Positions 1 through 12,405 of a stretch of DNA of 64,000 bases are shown here, one piece after another (the stretch's first letter is position 1; each line of letters opens with the position of its first letter). The DNA is taken from assembly GCA_051362555.1 (NCBI GenBank), contig CM120643.1:620001-684000 (forward strand), read 5' to 3'. Both the position numbers and the translations under genes were made by a program. Source of the stretch: Lingula anatina. Its lineage: Eukaryota; Animalia; Brachiopoda. The notes beneath the pieces are model-generated. The model searched no databases. It saw only the letters and a program-made list of their open reading frames with translations, and had not been told where the DNA came from.

Positions 1-236
1 TACTGTTACAGGCACACAGGTACATAGACACACACACTACCACAGGTGCATACACACACACACACTACCACAGGTACTTACTCTTCATCTCAAAGATTCA
101 TGTGACACTAAGTTCTTTTTATCGAAAAGAAAAAGCATTTGAGTGTCATTTGACCCTTAAATCATGGAATGAATGAGAATAACCATTTCTTCAGACAGAA
201 GCTGTGTATACCTTATAAATTTTATACATCAAAGAT

Positions 237-310
237 GTAACAATACTTCATAGTGTCTGTTATAATTTCAGAGGTAACAATACTTCATAGTGTCTATTAT
301 AATTTCAGAG
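237..310 (+). repeat. 37-bp tandem duplication containing the AKTIP 3' splice site
   Basis: gtaacaatacttcatagtgtct(g/a)ttataatttcagag occurs twice back to back, with 1 mismatch. Confidence 0.85.
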
Positions 311-630
311 GTTGGTGTTTGACCCGCCCGTATTCCATCCAGTTATCAATCCTGAGTCAGGGGAACTCGATGTCAAAAGAGCTTTTCAGAAGTGGAGGTA
401 GGAAATATGTGCATTGTTTGGATATATGCATTTGTGGCATATTTTATGTATTTGGCATTCACTCTTTTAAAATTATCATTTTTGGGACTAAGTAAAAAAT
501 AATCAAAGTCAGAACATTGCATATTACATGCTTCTAATAGAGAAGAGTAACTGACTTATCCCACGGCTAGCACTGCGAACAATAGGATGACAGCGCAAAT
601 GTGTATGACAATACAAGTGATGGCCATGGG

Positions 631-670
<40 letters not shown>

Positions 671-3600
671 GTAGAAGTCTGTTAATGACTGTAGCCTAAT
701 TTATCAGCTTTAATGGTAACAGAGAATTGAAATCTACAGATTACTTTATATAATACTATTCATGAAACTGTGTTTTCTTCCAGGCGAAATGTGAACCACA
801 TTTGGCAGGTTCTTCTATATGCAAGAAAAATATTCTACAAAATTGACACCAAGAACCCCTGGAACCCAGAGGCAGCTGTATTGTAAGCAGACGTAACTTT
901 GAATATTTTAATAATCACTGTATTGTAATCTAAATCACACTACACAGATATATAACTTTGAACATTTTAATAATCAATGTTAACTTTAATGGTATAGTCA
1001 CAGTTGTGGGTCTTGGGACAGTTGTACAGGTGAGGAAACCTGTGACACTGAATTTCTAAGAAATAAGCCGCATGTTTTGGGAGCATTTGGCAGTGTGTAT
1101 TTGAAATAAAATCTCAGTTGAAATGCTAAATATTTTTAAAAAATGCACTTTTAATGCAGTTTACATGATAATCAGTTTTTGTCTTTGCACCTTTGAAGGA
1201 ATAACAGAAATGTTGTAATATGACATTGACTGCTCTGGATTTGCAGATATGAACAAGATTTAGACCTATACAAACATAAGCTAGCAGAAAGTATAAAACT
1301 GTGCAAAGATAGGTTATACGACCCTCCCGAGTCTGATGACCCCCATGCTATACGGTGAGTAGAAGGATGGCTGACCTAATGCTCATTTTCATTTCAGCCA
1401 AATAGCTGAACACTTCACCGACGTCAGAATTTTAAACAAAAATGATGTTGGCAAAATGCTGTAGAATGTTTAACATGTTCTTTTAGTTAGATTGATGCGT
1501 TTCTAACATTTGGACATAAAAATCTTTGTGCTTGCATTTTCCTTTGCAATTGTTAATCATGCCAAAGTCAACAGAGTACAAATATACAGAATGGCATAAA
1601 AGTGGATATTTTTTATGTGGTGGGTTTATTTTTTTTTTTTAACCACAAACTGATAATGATGTAAGACATTGAACTAATATCTATTTCATATTCACTGTAT
1701 CAGGTTCAGTACATGAGAGTATCAGACATAATATTTCTATTTGCTATTCAGGTTTAGTGAGTGGGAGCAGTCAGTTCATGAGAGTATCAGACATAATATT
1801 TCTATTTTCTATTCAGGTTTAGCTCATGAGAGTATCAGACATAATATTTTTGTTTTCTATTCAGGTTTAGTGAGTGGGAGCCATCAGTTCATGAGAGCAC
1901 CAGAGATCAGTTGCTCCACCCAAAGGTAATGGAAGGTAAACCCTCTGTGCAGGCTTCTGGCTGTGCTCTGTTTGCTTTGCTAACTCCAACACCACCCTTC
2001 TACACTGAAACTCTAAAAGAAAAATGACTTATTCATTTAATATATAGTATGTCAGATACATGGCAAGAGTTACGGTAGAGGAGCATAGTTTTTTTGCTGT
2101 TTTTATTTTCACGTGTTGGCAATGTTTTAGGCTCAGGATTATTATTTATTTACTAATTTATTTATTTATTATTATTATTTTTTTTATTATTTTTTTTTTT
2201 TTTTGCTTTTTCTCTCCTACATGAAGATGTGCTTTGTATTTGTTATGATTCACTTTCATGCAAGGTCACCTGGAAATACCAATCTCCGTATAGTTCAGCT
2301 GGATTTTTTTAGATAAAAAAGCTCTTCCCTTTGCGACTGCAGGTCTGTGTCAATGGTGCTGTTATGAAGTTCATCTACTATGTTTCTCTGCCACTCAAAC
2401 TGTGGATATTGGCACATCTTGGTGAAGTAGTTACTCACAAATCCCAAATGCCTCATTATTGAATTTTTTTTTTTTTTTACTTTGAACTCATCTTACTGAA
2501 GCATTAGTCACAAATCCCAAATTATTATTAAAGTGTTTTTATTTATTTATTTATTTATTTATTTTGAATTCTTTTTTTTTTTCATTTTTAGTTACTCCAA
2601 AACAATCTTTTTACCTGCGACCAGTTCATAGTCAACACCTGTGAATAATAAACTTTTTTTTTCAAATATTGTCATGAAAACATTATTTTAGGAAATATTT
2701 AAAGCGGATTTGTATGAATTTTGTGAGTTTATGATATTTATTTTCTATAATAATCTTAGTAACACAGATTTCCTGCTTCTGTATATTTTAGCCGGGTGTT
2801 CTGGGATTACTGTTATTTCTGTCTGTTGACATATTATTTAGCCTGGTCAATCTTTTATCATTATTCTTCCATTCTTTATTTGGTATCTGAATAATATGTA
2901 TATACATTTTAAGCTTTGTTTTAATTGTTATGTATTCATATTAACCAGTCATTATTACTAGCTTTTTTTTGAAAAAAGATCTTAAATTACTTATTGCATG
3001 GTTGGGCTGATATATTTTGGACTTGTGTATATATTTATAATATAATTTTTAGCTTTTTTGACAAGCTCCATTTTGTTGTATTTATTTTGCAAAATTAGGA
3101 TTAATTTGACAAAAAACAGACTATGTGTTGGTGTCAAATTTAGTAGTGACATTTTTAATGAAGTTTGGTATTATGTTGCTTAGTTTTAGCTTTGATGTAA
3201 TGTTTGATGTTGAGCTTAAAATAATGCCATTATTTGAAATATTGGGAGTTTGAAGATTCCATTATCGCCCAAGTGTTTCACGAATGTCTAAGTTTAGTCT
3301 AGCTGTTTGTGAAAAAGAGAGATTTTTAAAGCTTAGACAGAAAAATATCATGAATAAATGACAAATTAATATTCAAGGTTTCTGTGATAAAGTTACCTTG
3401 TCAACTAAAGACATCTTTGCCAGGGAACTTGTGTTATGATCACTGTACTACATCATCATTAGATATTGATACAGTAAATATTGATATGTGCTAAGCATGG
3501 TGTTGATACCAGCATGGCTGGGGGGGGGGGGGGGGGCTGCAGATTGGTCGCATAGTGGAATGAAGCCTTTGGAGGGAGGGGGGTGGGTTGAAAGGATGGT

Positions 3601-5515
3601 GGGGGCGGTCTCACCTGGGTTTTCCATGCATTCTTAACAGATGAATTAATAAGGAGTAAAATTAAAAATACCTACAGATGTGTATATTTGAATAGACAAC
3701 AGGGTGAACATCATAACCGTCCTTGCTTACTTGCTGTATGACCTGGTAACTAACAGCTGGCAACAGTAATGTTATATTAAGTTGATACACCGCCTTACTT
3801 CCACTCTGTTCTTGCAGCTCAATCTCTTTGACCTTAGTAACTGGGGAAACTATTCCAAGAAGAATGATGATCTTCAAGCTTTACACTGCGACTCCCCCCC
3901 CCTTCCCCCCGCGTTTCATGGGTCAGCATTTGAAGTGTTGCTGTGTGATTTGCTGCGAGTTCTAAAAAGTGCTAAAAACTGACCATTGACTGTGGTTGTA
4001 AAGATGCTGGGAGTGCTCTTAAATATTTTATACCAATAATTATGTATATTTGTAGAACAATGCTGATGTATACAAAATGGACAATTGACTAATTTTTATT
4101 TTTATTCTTTTTTCCTTCTATTCCAAAATAGGAAGTGAAAAAAGTAAGTTTTTGTCATTTAAAATTGATATTTTCATTTTTACTTCAATCTTTTATTATT
4201 ATGTTAAATAACAGCATAAAGGAAGGTAATCAAACATTACAGTTAATAATGTTGTAGGTATTCTCATGTCATTAAGCTTATAATTATATCCATTATCTAC
4301 TTGTGTTATTGTACTTAGTTGGAATTTACTTCTAAATCAGTATTTAAGTAGATGTATATGGGGTTTTATTACTAAAGAGAAATAATTACAAATTTATGTG
4401 GTAGTACGTCGCCCATAACTTAATCCATTTTCAAAACCAAACGTATGCAGTGCATTTTGGTTTTTATGACCATTTATCTGTATTTTGTAAAGTGAACTGT
4501 GATTTTACATGTCAAGCATTTTTAAATTATGTAAAAATGCAAATTTTTTAGTAGTGACATATATTTTATTTTACTACACAAAAGTGTAGTTCAATGCATG
4601 TGGGCATTAGTAGAGACTACACAAGAAAATTAGAAAAATTATTAGACAGTAATTTCTGTTCACCTCAATTGAAATTTTAACCTGTGCTGGAAAAAAAAGT
4701 TGAACAGACTAGCATCCTGCCATAAAATCGGGGGTTTACAATTTGAAAAGATTGTTAATACTTCATTAAGTTTCATAAGTAAGTGCCTATTTAAGGCAGA
4801 TATTTCTCACAAATTTCATGCAAGGTATGATATTTAACACACTTCCAATAATATATTTGCAGCGCCTATTAGTTTAAGTTCTTCAAAGAAATATTTTCTG
4901 GCAAGAATCTGATTCTCTTTTTGGAGTTTCCAATTATCTTTCTCAGATATCTATAATGATACATTGCTTCTGGAGAAAGTTATGATTTCTGTTGTGTTTG
5001 AAGTTAGTGAGAAGTGATCTTAGAAGAATTATACATGTTGTTAAAAAAAAAGCACCTTCACAAATGAGACCAGTGGCACATCATAATTATAATATTATAA
5101 TTATAGCTTGCCACATTTTCACTTCTCAGAGACAGTAATTTCATGAATTGTCATACACAAAAACAAAAAGCTATTTCTTTATTTTTGTACAGCACCAGTT
5201 TAATTATCTTCGGTATTTCACACCATTTCATTGTTTATTTACTAGTACCTGCACAAATAGCACAGGGCTGTAAGTAATATACAAAAAAGTTGATTTTAGT
5301 CTCACATCTCCGTATAATTGTAGCAGCTATGCTATTTCAAAAACGGTGACAATACAATGTATTTAAATCTATACTTTCAGAAGACCGATGACGGCAGCAA
5401 GAATGCGCAGACGTCGGGACTTTCCTGGATGACAAATGGTAGCTCTGAAATCTTCGCCAAAGAGGAGGACAGCACTGATGTTATTACTTCTCTTAGGAAG
5501 AGCCGAGATTCTTAG
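309..5515 (+). CDS. AKTIP: AKT-interacting protein (FTS/crossbronx, inactive E2-like), 5'-partial multi-exon CDS
   Basis: GT-AG exons 309-397, 784-882, 1247-1354, 1865-1925, 5381-5515 (plus optional 4132-4143) join in frame: [72 protein letters not shown]...[11 protein letters not shown]...[18 protein letters not shown]...*. This matches the recalled AKTIP C-terminal half. Upstream exons lie outside the window. Confidence 0.93.
631..670. repeat. (ATA)n microsatellite
   Basis: About 13 perfect ATA units. Confidence 0.95.
1701..1897 (+). repeat. Imperfect tandem repeat (~45-67 bp units) of an AKTIP acceptor and exon start
   Basis: catgagagtatcagacataatattt...ctattcaggtttag occurs three times. 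The last copy leads into the functional exon at 1865. Confidence 0.85.
4132..4143 (+). CDS. AKTIP: Candidate 12-nt in-frame microexon of AKTIP (EVKK)
   Basis: Branch-like GACTAAT at 4087, long pyrimidine tract, TAG|GAAGTGAAAAAA|GTAAGT. Phase 0-0 matches the flanking exons. Confidence 0.6.
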
Positions 5516-8234
5516 CAGGATAGGAGACATATTGGTCTTTTTTTCCCCTCACATATATGAAGAAAAAATGACAATGAGGAAGAATTTGATATTGGCATGT
5601 CATTTTTGCAAGTGCTACCATAGTTATGCAGTCTTCTGCTTGTTCAGAAAGCTGACACTGTGCAGGAGGCGTTTTCTTCTAAAAAGAAAAGCTGGAAGTA
5701 AAACTGGGATTTGCCAGTCTCTGGTTGTGTGTAAAACAGAGAATTCAGCTATGTGGAAGAGAATGTGGATAAATAATAAGGCTTGTTATATTTCAGTTTG
5801 TGAACCGTGCACATAAGGATTCAAAACTCTGCCAGTGTGTGAATCTGATAAAAACGAGCCATGTTGAAAAGTTTGTCAATTAAAACAAACTGCCAATACT
5901 GTTAATCAAGAACAAAGTACTGAGGAAGGTAGTTGTTTTGTGATTAATCAAGCCTGAAAAAATAGGAAGGATTGCTTTGCAATAGAATGACGCTCAATTA
6001 TAGCAGCATGGACTCTCAGGCTTCAGGGTTGACCCTCTCTTCTTGAGTTCACTGTCCAAGAGGACTGCTGAGTTGTAAAATATGTTACAATATTTATTAA
6101 GTTGCATTGCTTTACTATTCTCAATACATCACTAGGCTTCAATCACCCGCCTCTTTGGTTCCTTGGTTTGCTTCTGTGTTTAAGTCCCAAAAGGGCGGTT
6201 ACATTTATTAAACTTTTTTAAAAAGAATAAAAGAAAATGAAAGGTTCTGTTGCCTTAAACAGGTTTGTCAAGGAGAGGTTGGTGCTCAGCAGGGAAACCT
6301 TTGATGAAACAAAATGATCTCGTCTTGCGAAAAAGTTCAATTTTAGATGAGCATCATGCATCTTGTTTATTGTTTATTGGTAATTAGACTTTATTTATTT
6401 TTGACAGATAAAAAGACAGATTTATGCATGCATTCTCAAGAATTCTGATTGGTTCATCGTTTCTTTACTATGGGCTCGGATTTATTTTAATTAATTACTG
6501 CTCAGACAAGCACCAGTTTAACTGACCTCTGTGATCCAAGTTTTGTTAACTGGTCTCTTTTGTGGTTAAAAGTGCGGTGATAATTAAAGCTTTTGGCCTG
6601 AGCACAAGTTGAGCTTCTTAACTGTCATTGCCACAAAAACTTCTTATAGCTTGTATGAGCCGCAAAACAACCATTTGTTGGGGAATGTGCATTGTATACT
6701 TACCAGAATTGATGATTGAATAAAACGGCCCCCTCCCCTCTTATGAGAATGAACTGCTCCACCATCTTATTACCAGTACACCAAAGTGGGCTTGCTCATT
6801 TCTTGTGGAGGGGGGCAGGTCATCACGGGGTATTACTGGAGTTATGTATATACCTATTCCGTAATTGTGTAGTAAATTAAGAACAGACGGTGAGAAGTGT
6901 GCTTACTTGTGCTACATTTTATATAATGATGGATGCAAGAACAGACAGGATCAAGTGAACAGTTTTCTTTAGATGTTGTGTCCACGAGTCCAGAAAAAAA
7001 AATCAGTTTTCTTTTTTGCTTAGAAAATTGTCCAACTCCAAGAGGGCTTTTTTTTTTTCACTACATGCTATCACCCCTAATCTGTTCTCACTGAAATACT
7101 GGATGAGCTGAAAGGTAAATACATTTTATTGGACTTAAGATTTAAATGAAAATAATATATTTGGCAAGTTGTGTGAATAACATCAACCGTTCTGTAAACT
7201 GTTGAAAGAAATAGTCTGCACAGAGCATTTTATTTTGCTCCTTTCTGGTTTTGTTCTCTACAATTTTCTGCTTTTTAAACTTGCTCTGAGATGTTTCATA
7301 ATATTTACACCCATAACTGCCCAAGGCAAGTCATTTCCTGTCAACATTTCAAAAGATGGCCACCAGTTTTCTTCAAAATCTCTGCTCTTTCCATTTCTGT
7401 AACATCAGAATGCCATCCATTTATGAGGAAAACAGAAGAACTAAGTTCAAAATTTGGTTTTTATTTCATTTTTAGATGATAACAAGTTGTACAGGCACCT
7501 TTTAAGGCAAAATTTGAAGCAGTCAACAAAAACTGTTGACAACAGAAAATTCATTTTAAAAATGTTTAACAGACATTTTAACGAGGTTTTTCAAAGGCAC
7601 AAACCAATCAATCACACCCTTGACTTGAATTTAGAGTCCCTTCTACAGACTTTCCTATAATGCTGCCATTCACATTGCATCATAATATTCACATACATGG
7701 AAAATATTCAAATGCTGATTGAGGAAACTTTACTATTAATTTAAAATCTTGAAATTAGTCCATTTTTACCTCAATTCCACCATCTTCCTCAAATTGGAAA
7801 CCCCAATTTTTGGAAATGTTAAAATATTGCTTTTGTCCTTTTTGAAGTGCATGATAAACATGCTAGAGTGTGACTTCAAACCAACATTTTATTGAAAATC
7901 ACACAAAAACCAATCAAGAAGTATAACCAGAAGATTTATGATTATTCTGGTAGAATTTAATTCCCTATATTTGCATAAAAATTTTCCCAGCCCATTTGAT
8001 ATGCAGGGAGGTCAACATGACACTGTTCATCTTCACAGACGCTAGAACAGCCATCTAACAATTCCAAAATTTCCTTTAAGCCAATCTGCATAGAAGAAAA
8101 TCTTCAGTCAATATACTGATAAAATTATAATTGGCGAAATATGAGCAAAATTTCACTTGTAAACAAGCCTGTCCTTCCCCTGATGAAACTAATGCTACCA
8201 TCTATAGTTGAAATTAGGAAGCAGGTGCTGCCTC

Positions 8235-10667
8235 CTATTGCTCCAACAGAAAATCTGTCACCAGTTTGTTGAAATCTTCGAAGTACCTCAGATGGATGTT
8301 GTGTTTTCCCTCAGGCCACCGGACTAGTCTAAGGACAAAGAAAACAAAGATGTGACAATCATGAATGACCATATAATAAGCAGAAAAAAATACTGTTCCT
8401 TTGGAAGTTAAAGCTGTCAATCTTGACAGTTAGGGTACATTCAGATTGGCCTATCATTCTAGCTGGGTTGGTCCAACTCTGTGGGGATTCGCGCTCAAGT
8501 GGAATCAGCTTAATAAGCACACAATAGTTAATTACCCCTTAGCTGCTAGAGAAGGCACGTCAGACAATTCAGCCGATTCCACTGATTGCTCTTTAGTGGG
8601 AATTCCCCACAGAGTTGGACCAACCCAACTAGTATCAGACGTGAATCTGAATGCAGTCTTAGATGCTGCAAGGACTGATTGACGTATAAAACAGATGATG
8701 AACACACACTAGTATATCCAATTTAAAAATTGGTTCATTTTTCTATTAAAATATTGAAGTTTACATACTTCATTCCAATATAATTAACCTTGTAATGCCT
8801 ATTATTGTGGACTCCCTCTTGATTTGAATTTGATAATCAAAACCAGTAAAGTGCTACAGGCCCACTGCCAGGGGAAATTGGGTGGTTCAAATGAACTAAC
8901 CTTTTTGCCGAAAAAAAAAGGTTCACTCTGGGTAAAAACTGATCTTGGTACATAAAAGTTTCAAAGTAAAATGTGAAAGACCCCCCCTCCCCCCCCTCCC
9001 CCCCCCCTCCCCCTACTCCCCACTTTGCAATTGCTGGCTAGGGGGCTGTGCTAAGTTTTATTCAATACCATTCTTCATACTACCTGGAATTCTGGATATT
9101 CTCATGGAGATAAACAGGATGCACTGGATCCAACATTGGGTCCTTGTCACCGTGGACAATCAGGGTTGGGCTCGTGATGTTTTTAAGTTCATCTCTGCAG
9201 ATGTCTCCTGTGGAAAAAAAAATTAAATATTTTGAAGTGTCTTATCCTAGCCATGCACAGAACAGACACTCTTTCCTTTCCTAAAATTTTGAAAAACTCA
9301 AATAACTGAGAATAAAAAACCTTAAGCAAGATTCAATCTTTTATTGGCTTTGGCAGCTGGATCATAAAACCTAGGATTCACTTAAATGTAGATAAGATAA
9401 CAGATAATGATAGTAAAAGAAAAGTTCAATCCCTTTTAATCGGATTTTGCATACAAATAAACTAAGTAAAAGAAAATTTCAATTCTTCTAATCAGATTTT
9501 GCATACAAATAAACTAAGGGCTTACAAATGCAAATATATTGAAATAAATTGCAAAAAATATGAAATGTGAATAAGTATATATTTGTCAAGTACTAAATGC
9601 ATTGTTTACCTTTGTTTTTGTAGAAATAATCGCTATATGCCTGATACCAGGCCTCCCACTGTGCCTTGAAATACTCCTCTCCATAAACATGAATGAAGGG
9701 TTGTTTCATTCTGTCACTCCATTTGCTAAGATCACGGACAGCTGGAAATACCAGAAGTTCTTTGGATTTTCATCAAAGTCTTAAAACAAGGTTTCTGTGT
9801 TGACAAATTGACATCTTAAACAATATGTTGAAATTGGTCACATCCTACTCCACAGTCACACTTTCCCATCTGTCACATCTAACACAATGTGGCACAGTCA
9901 TCACATCTAACACAATCTGTCACAACCTGTCACAGCTAACACAATCTGTCACAACCAAGCCTACCTTTAATACACTCCATATCCTTCTCAGTGGTGAAGC
10001 AGTTGGAGCCCCACATGACCAGTTTACGTATACGCTCAGGATACCTGGCGGCCATGATCATGGCGGTATTACCACCGTCACTCCAGCCAAGGAGAGAGTA
10101 GCTACTGTAACCTAGTTTCTAAAATAAATCAACATAGATAAATGGAATCGATGAGATGTTTGGAATTTATGAATAAATACCAGAACAATCAACGAAATTT
10201 TTGATGACCACCATGATCATTGTACCTCCATCATTCCTGCAGCATCGTCAGCATCTCGGCTCAGGAAGGTGAGAGGCCAGTCTCTATCTGGAGGCCTACT
10301 GTTGCCGTAACCCCGCGGATCCCAGGCTATTACTGTGAACTTGGCTTTGTCTAAGTGTTCCACCTGAGGACTGAAGTCAGTGACTGCACAACCTGTGAGG
10401 GAGACATATGAGGGTTTGTATAAACACACTCTTCTCCATTAATTATCATTGCCAACAATTCCAGTGAACACACTTCAAATACAACACTTTTCCATTTTTC
10501 CTTAAAATAAAAAAGTCCAAACTGAATCAAATGACCTTCACCTTCACCTCAGTGACCTTCACCTACCAAGAGCCCCAGGCAGTAGTAGTAATGCATGGTC
10601 TCCAATCCCACTGCTAATGTAGTGAATGCTAGCACCATTTACTTCAACTTTCTGGGACATCAGTCCT
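8235..10667 (-). CDS. BPHL: Valacyclovir hydrolase / biphenyl hydrolase-like alpha/beta hydrolase
   Basis: Minus-strand exons 10567-10667, 10226-10392, 9965-10118, 9610-9741, 9084-9207, 8235-8328 join in frame: MSQKVEVNGASIHY...LLLPGALG...WDPRGYGNSRPPDRDW...LLGWSDGG (GxSxG nucleophile)...HGDKD...PEGKHNIHLRY. The product is 254 aa from the ATG at 10660. The true 5' end is uncertain. Confidence 0.93.
8433..8658. mobile_element. PIF/Harbinger-like MITE in the last BPHL intron
   Basis: TTA flanks (8430-32, 8659-61), imperfect TIR gggtacattcagatt / aatctgaatgcagtc, long internal inverted repeat gggttggtccaactctgtgggga / tccccacagagttggaccaaccc. Confidence 0.8.
8857..9048. mobile_element. hAT-like MITE with 5-bp TSD
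   Basis: Termini CAGGCCC...GGGGCTG, TGCTA on both sides (8852-56, 9049-53). Internal sequence is related to 56700-56895. Confidence 0.75.
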
Positions 10668-10701
10668 CTGAAACAATATAATAAAATACAAGTTGAAACA
10701 G

Positions 10702-11135
10702 AAACAAGGCAGCAAAGCTGTCAAATGTACAGACAAAGAACAGAAAATAAAGATGCAAATAAGTGAAAAATTAAATTTTCACAAAAAACTGTTAAATTGC
10801 CAGAAAAATTTACCAAACAGACTGCGTTGCCTATTGAAGCTGTATGTTAGACCCATGTTTCTTTCCTGTAAGTTTGAGAACAGTAAGTGACATGATTTCC
10901 CTTAAATGGTCATCATAGGAGCAGTGCCCAAAATAGGGGTTTCTTCAAATTTTGATGCAACATTACATAATGTTTAACAGCATAATGACAATCAAATGTT
11001 ATTAATAAAATATTAGTAACATGGACATTCAGAAAATGTGACAAGCAAAAGTCTTCAAGATCATGGAACTTTAAAGTCACACCTTGAAAATGCCAATATG
11101 TGAAAAATTAAATTTTCACAAAAAACTGTTTAACT

Positions 11136-11182
<47 letters not shown>

Positions 11183-12405
11183 AAACAGACTGCATTGCCT
11201 ACTGAAGCTGTATTTTAGTCCCATGTTTCTATCCTGTAAGTTTGAGAACAGTAAGTGACATGATTTTCCTTAAATGGTCATCATGGAAACAGTGCCCAAA
11301 ATGGGGGTTTCTTCAAATTTTGATGCAATATGACATAATGTTTAACAGCTTAATGACCATCAATTTTTAATTATAAAATATTTGTATCACAGATATTCAG
11401 AAAATGTGACTAGCAAAGGTCTTCAGGCCCATGGAACTTCAAAGTCACGCCTTGATAATGCCAAAATGTAAACAAGACAGCACTGTTCTGAAATGGGTTT
11501 ATTTCCATTTTTAACACTTTTTTAACATAAAACAAAATAAACATTTTACTGCCATTTTTATATGTCCAACTAAGAAAATTGATGAGATGGGAAAAGTATC
11601 AATAGAACAGTGTTAAATGTCCAACTTCCTCCATTCTGAGATTCTGAACATAGTGGATGATTGAATCTGACAAACTGCAATGATATGAGTTTATTTCCAT
11701 TTTTGACACTTTATTACACAATACATGATAACAAGTTTACCATGTTTTTTACATAATCAACTAACAATGTTGTAAAGATGCAGGAAATATCAAACAAACA
11801 CTTTTAGGCATCTTATTAGTTAAATAATGAGACTGCTAACATGCCTAATAATTGAATCTGAGGAAATGTGAAGAAACAGTATAACTTCTTAAGTAATGGC
11901 CCGATTATGCTTATTTTCGAACTCAACCAGCGTTTTAGTAAGATTGACCACTCCTGTGAGTATAATTACAATTGGCCAATCTGTTTTTCTTATATTGTGT
12001 TATCAGTGTTGCATTTATATTGAAAATAGTGAAAAAACAGCATAAATTACCTAAAAGTGACCCGATCATGCTGATTTTCGAACTTGACCTGCGTATTATG
12101 AATATTTATCAGTTCTGTAAGTTTCAAGTCAAAAGGTAAAATGGTTTTCCACTTATCGTGTTATCAGTGCTGCATATATGCTGAAAAAAGTGAAAAACAG
12201 AATAAATTCCCTAAAAGTGACCCGATCATGCTGATTTTCGAACTTGACCTGCGTATTATGAATATTCATCAGTTCTGCAAGTTTCAAGTCAAAAGGTAAA
12301 ATGGTTTTCCACTTATCATGTTATCGGTAAAAGTGCACGGCGACGGCGACGACAGACGCAGATGATGGCTATATGTACAGACACATCTGTGTCTGTACAT
12401 AAAAA
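10702..12405 (-). mobile_element. Non-autonomous Helentron (HINE/DINE-1-like) with internal tandem repeats
   Basis: Palindrome atgtacagacaca-tc-tgtgtctgtacat at 12373-12400 next to a GACGGC-type microsatellite. Matching subterminal atgtacagac at 10725-10734 and hairpin ggcagc-aaa-gctgtc at 10708-10722. A-rich ends. Internal duplications at ~10762-11097 vs ~11100-11468 and ~160-bp units across 11870-12330. Confidence 0.75.

Noticed and set aside
2200-2360. Additional pyrimidine-tract/AG sites in the long AKTIP intron (possible further microexons)
   Set aside because: Donors are weak (GTATTT, GTGCTG) and there is no independent support.
5436-5816. 126-aa ORF in the track
   Set aside because: Out-of-frame overlap with the last AKTIP exon and its 3' UTR; no motif.
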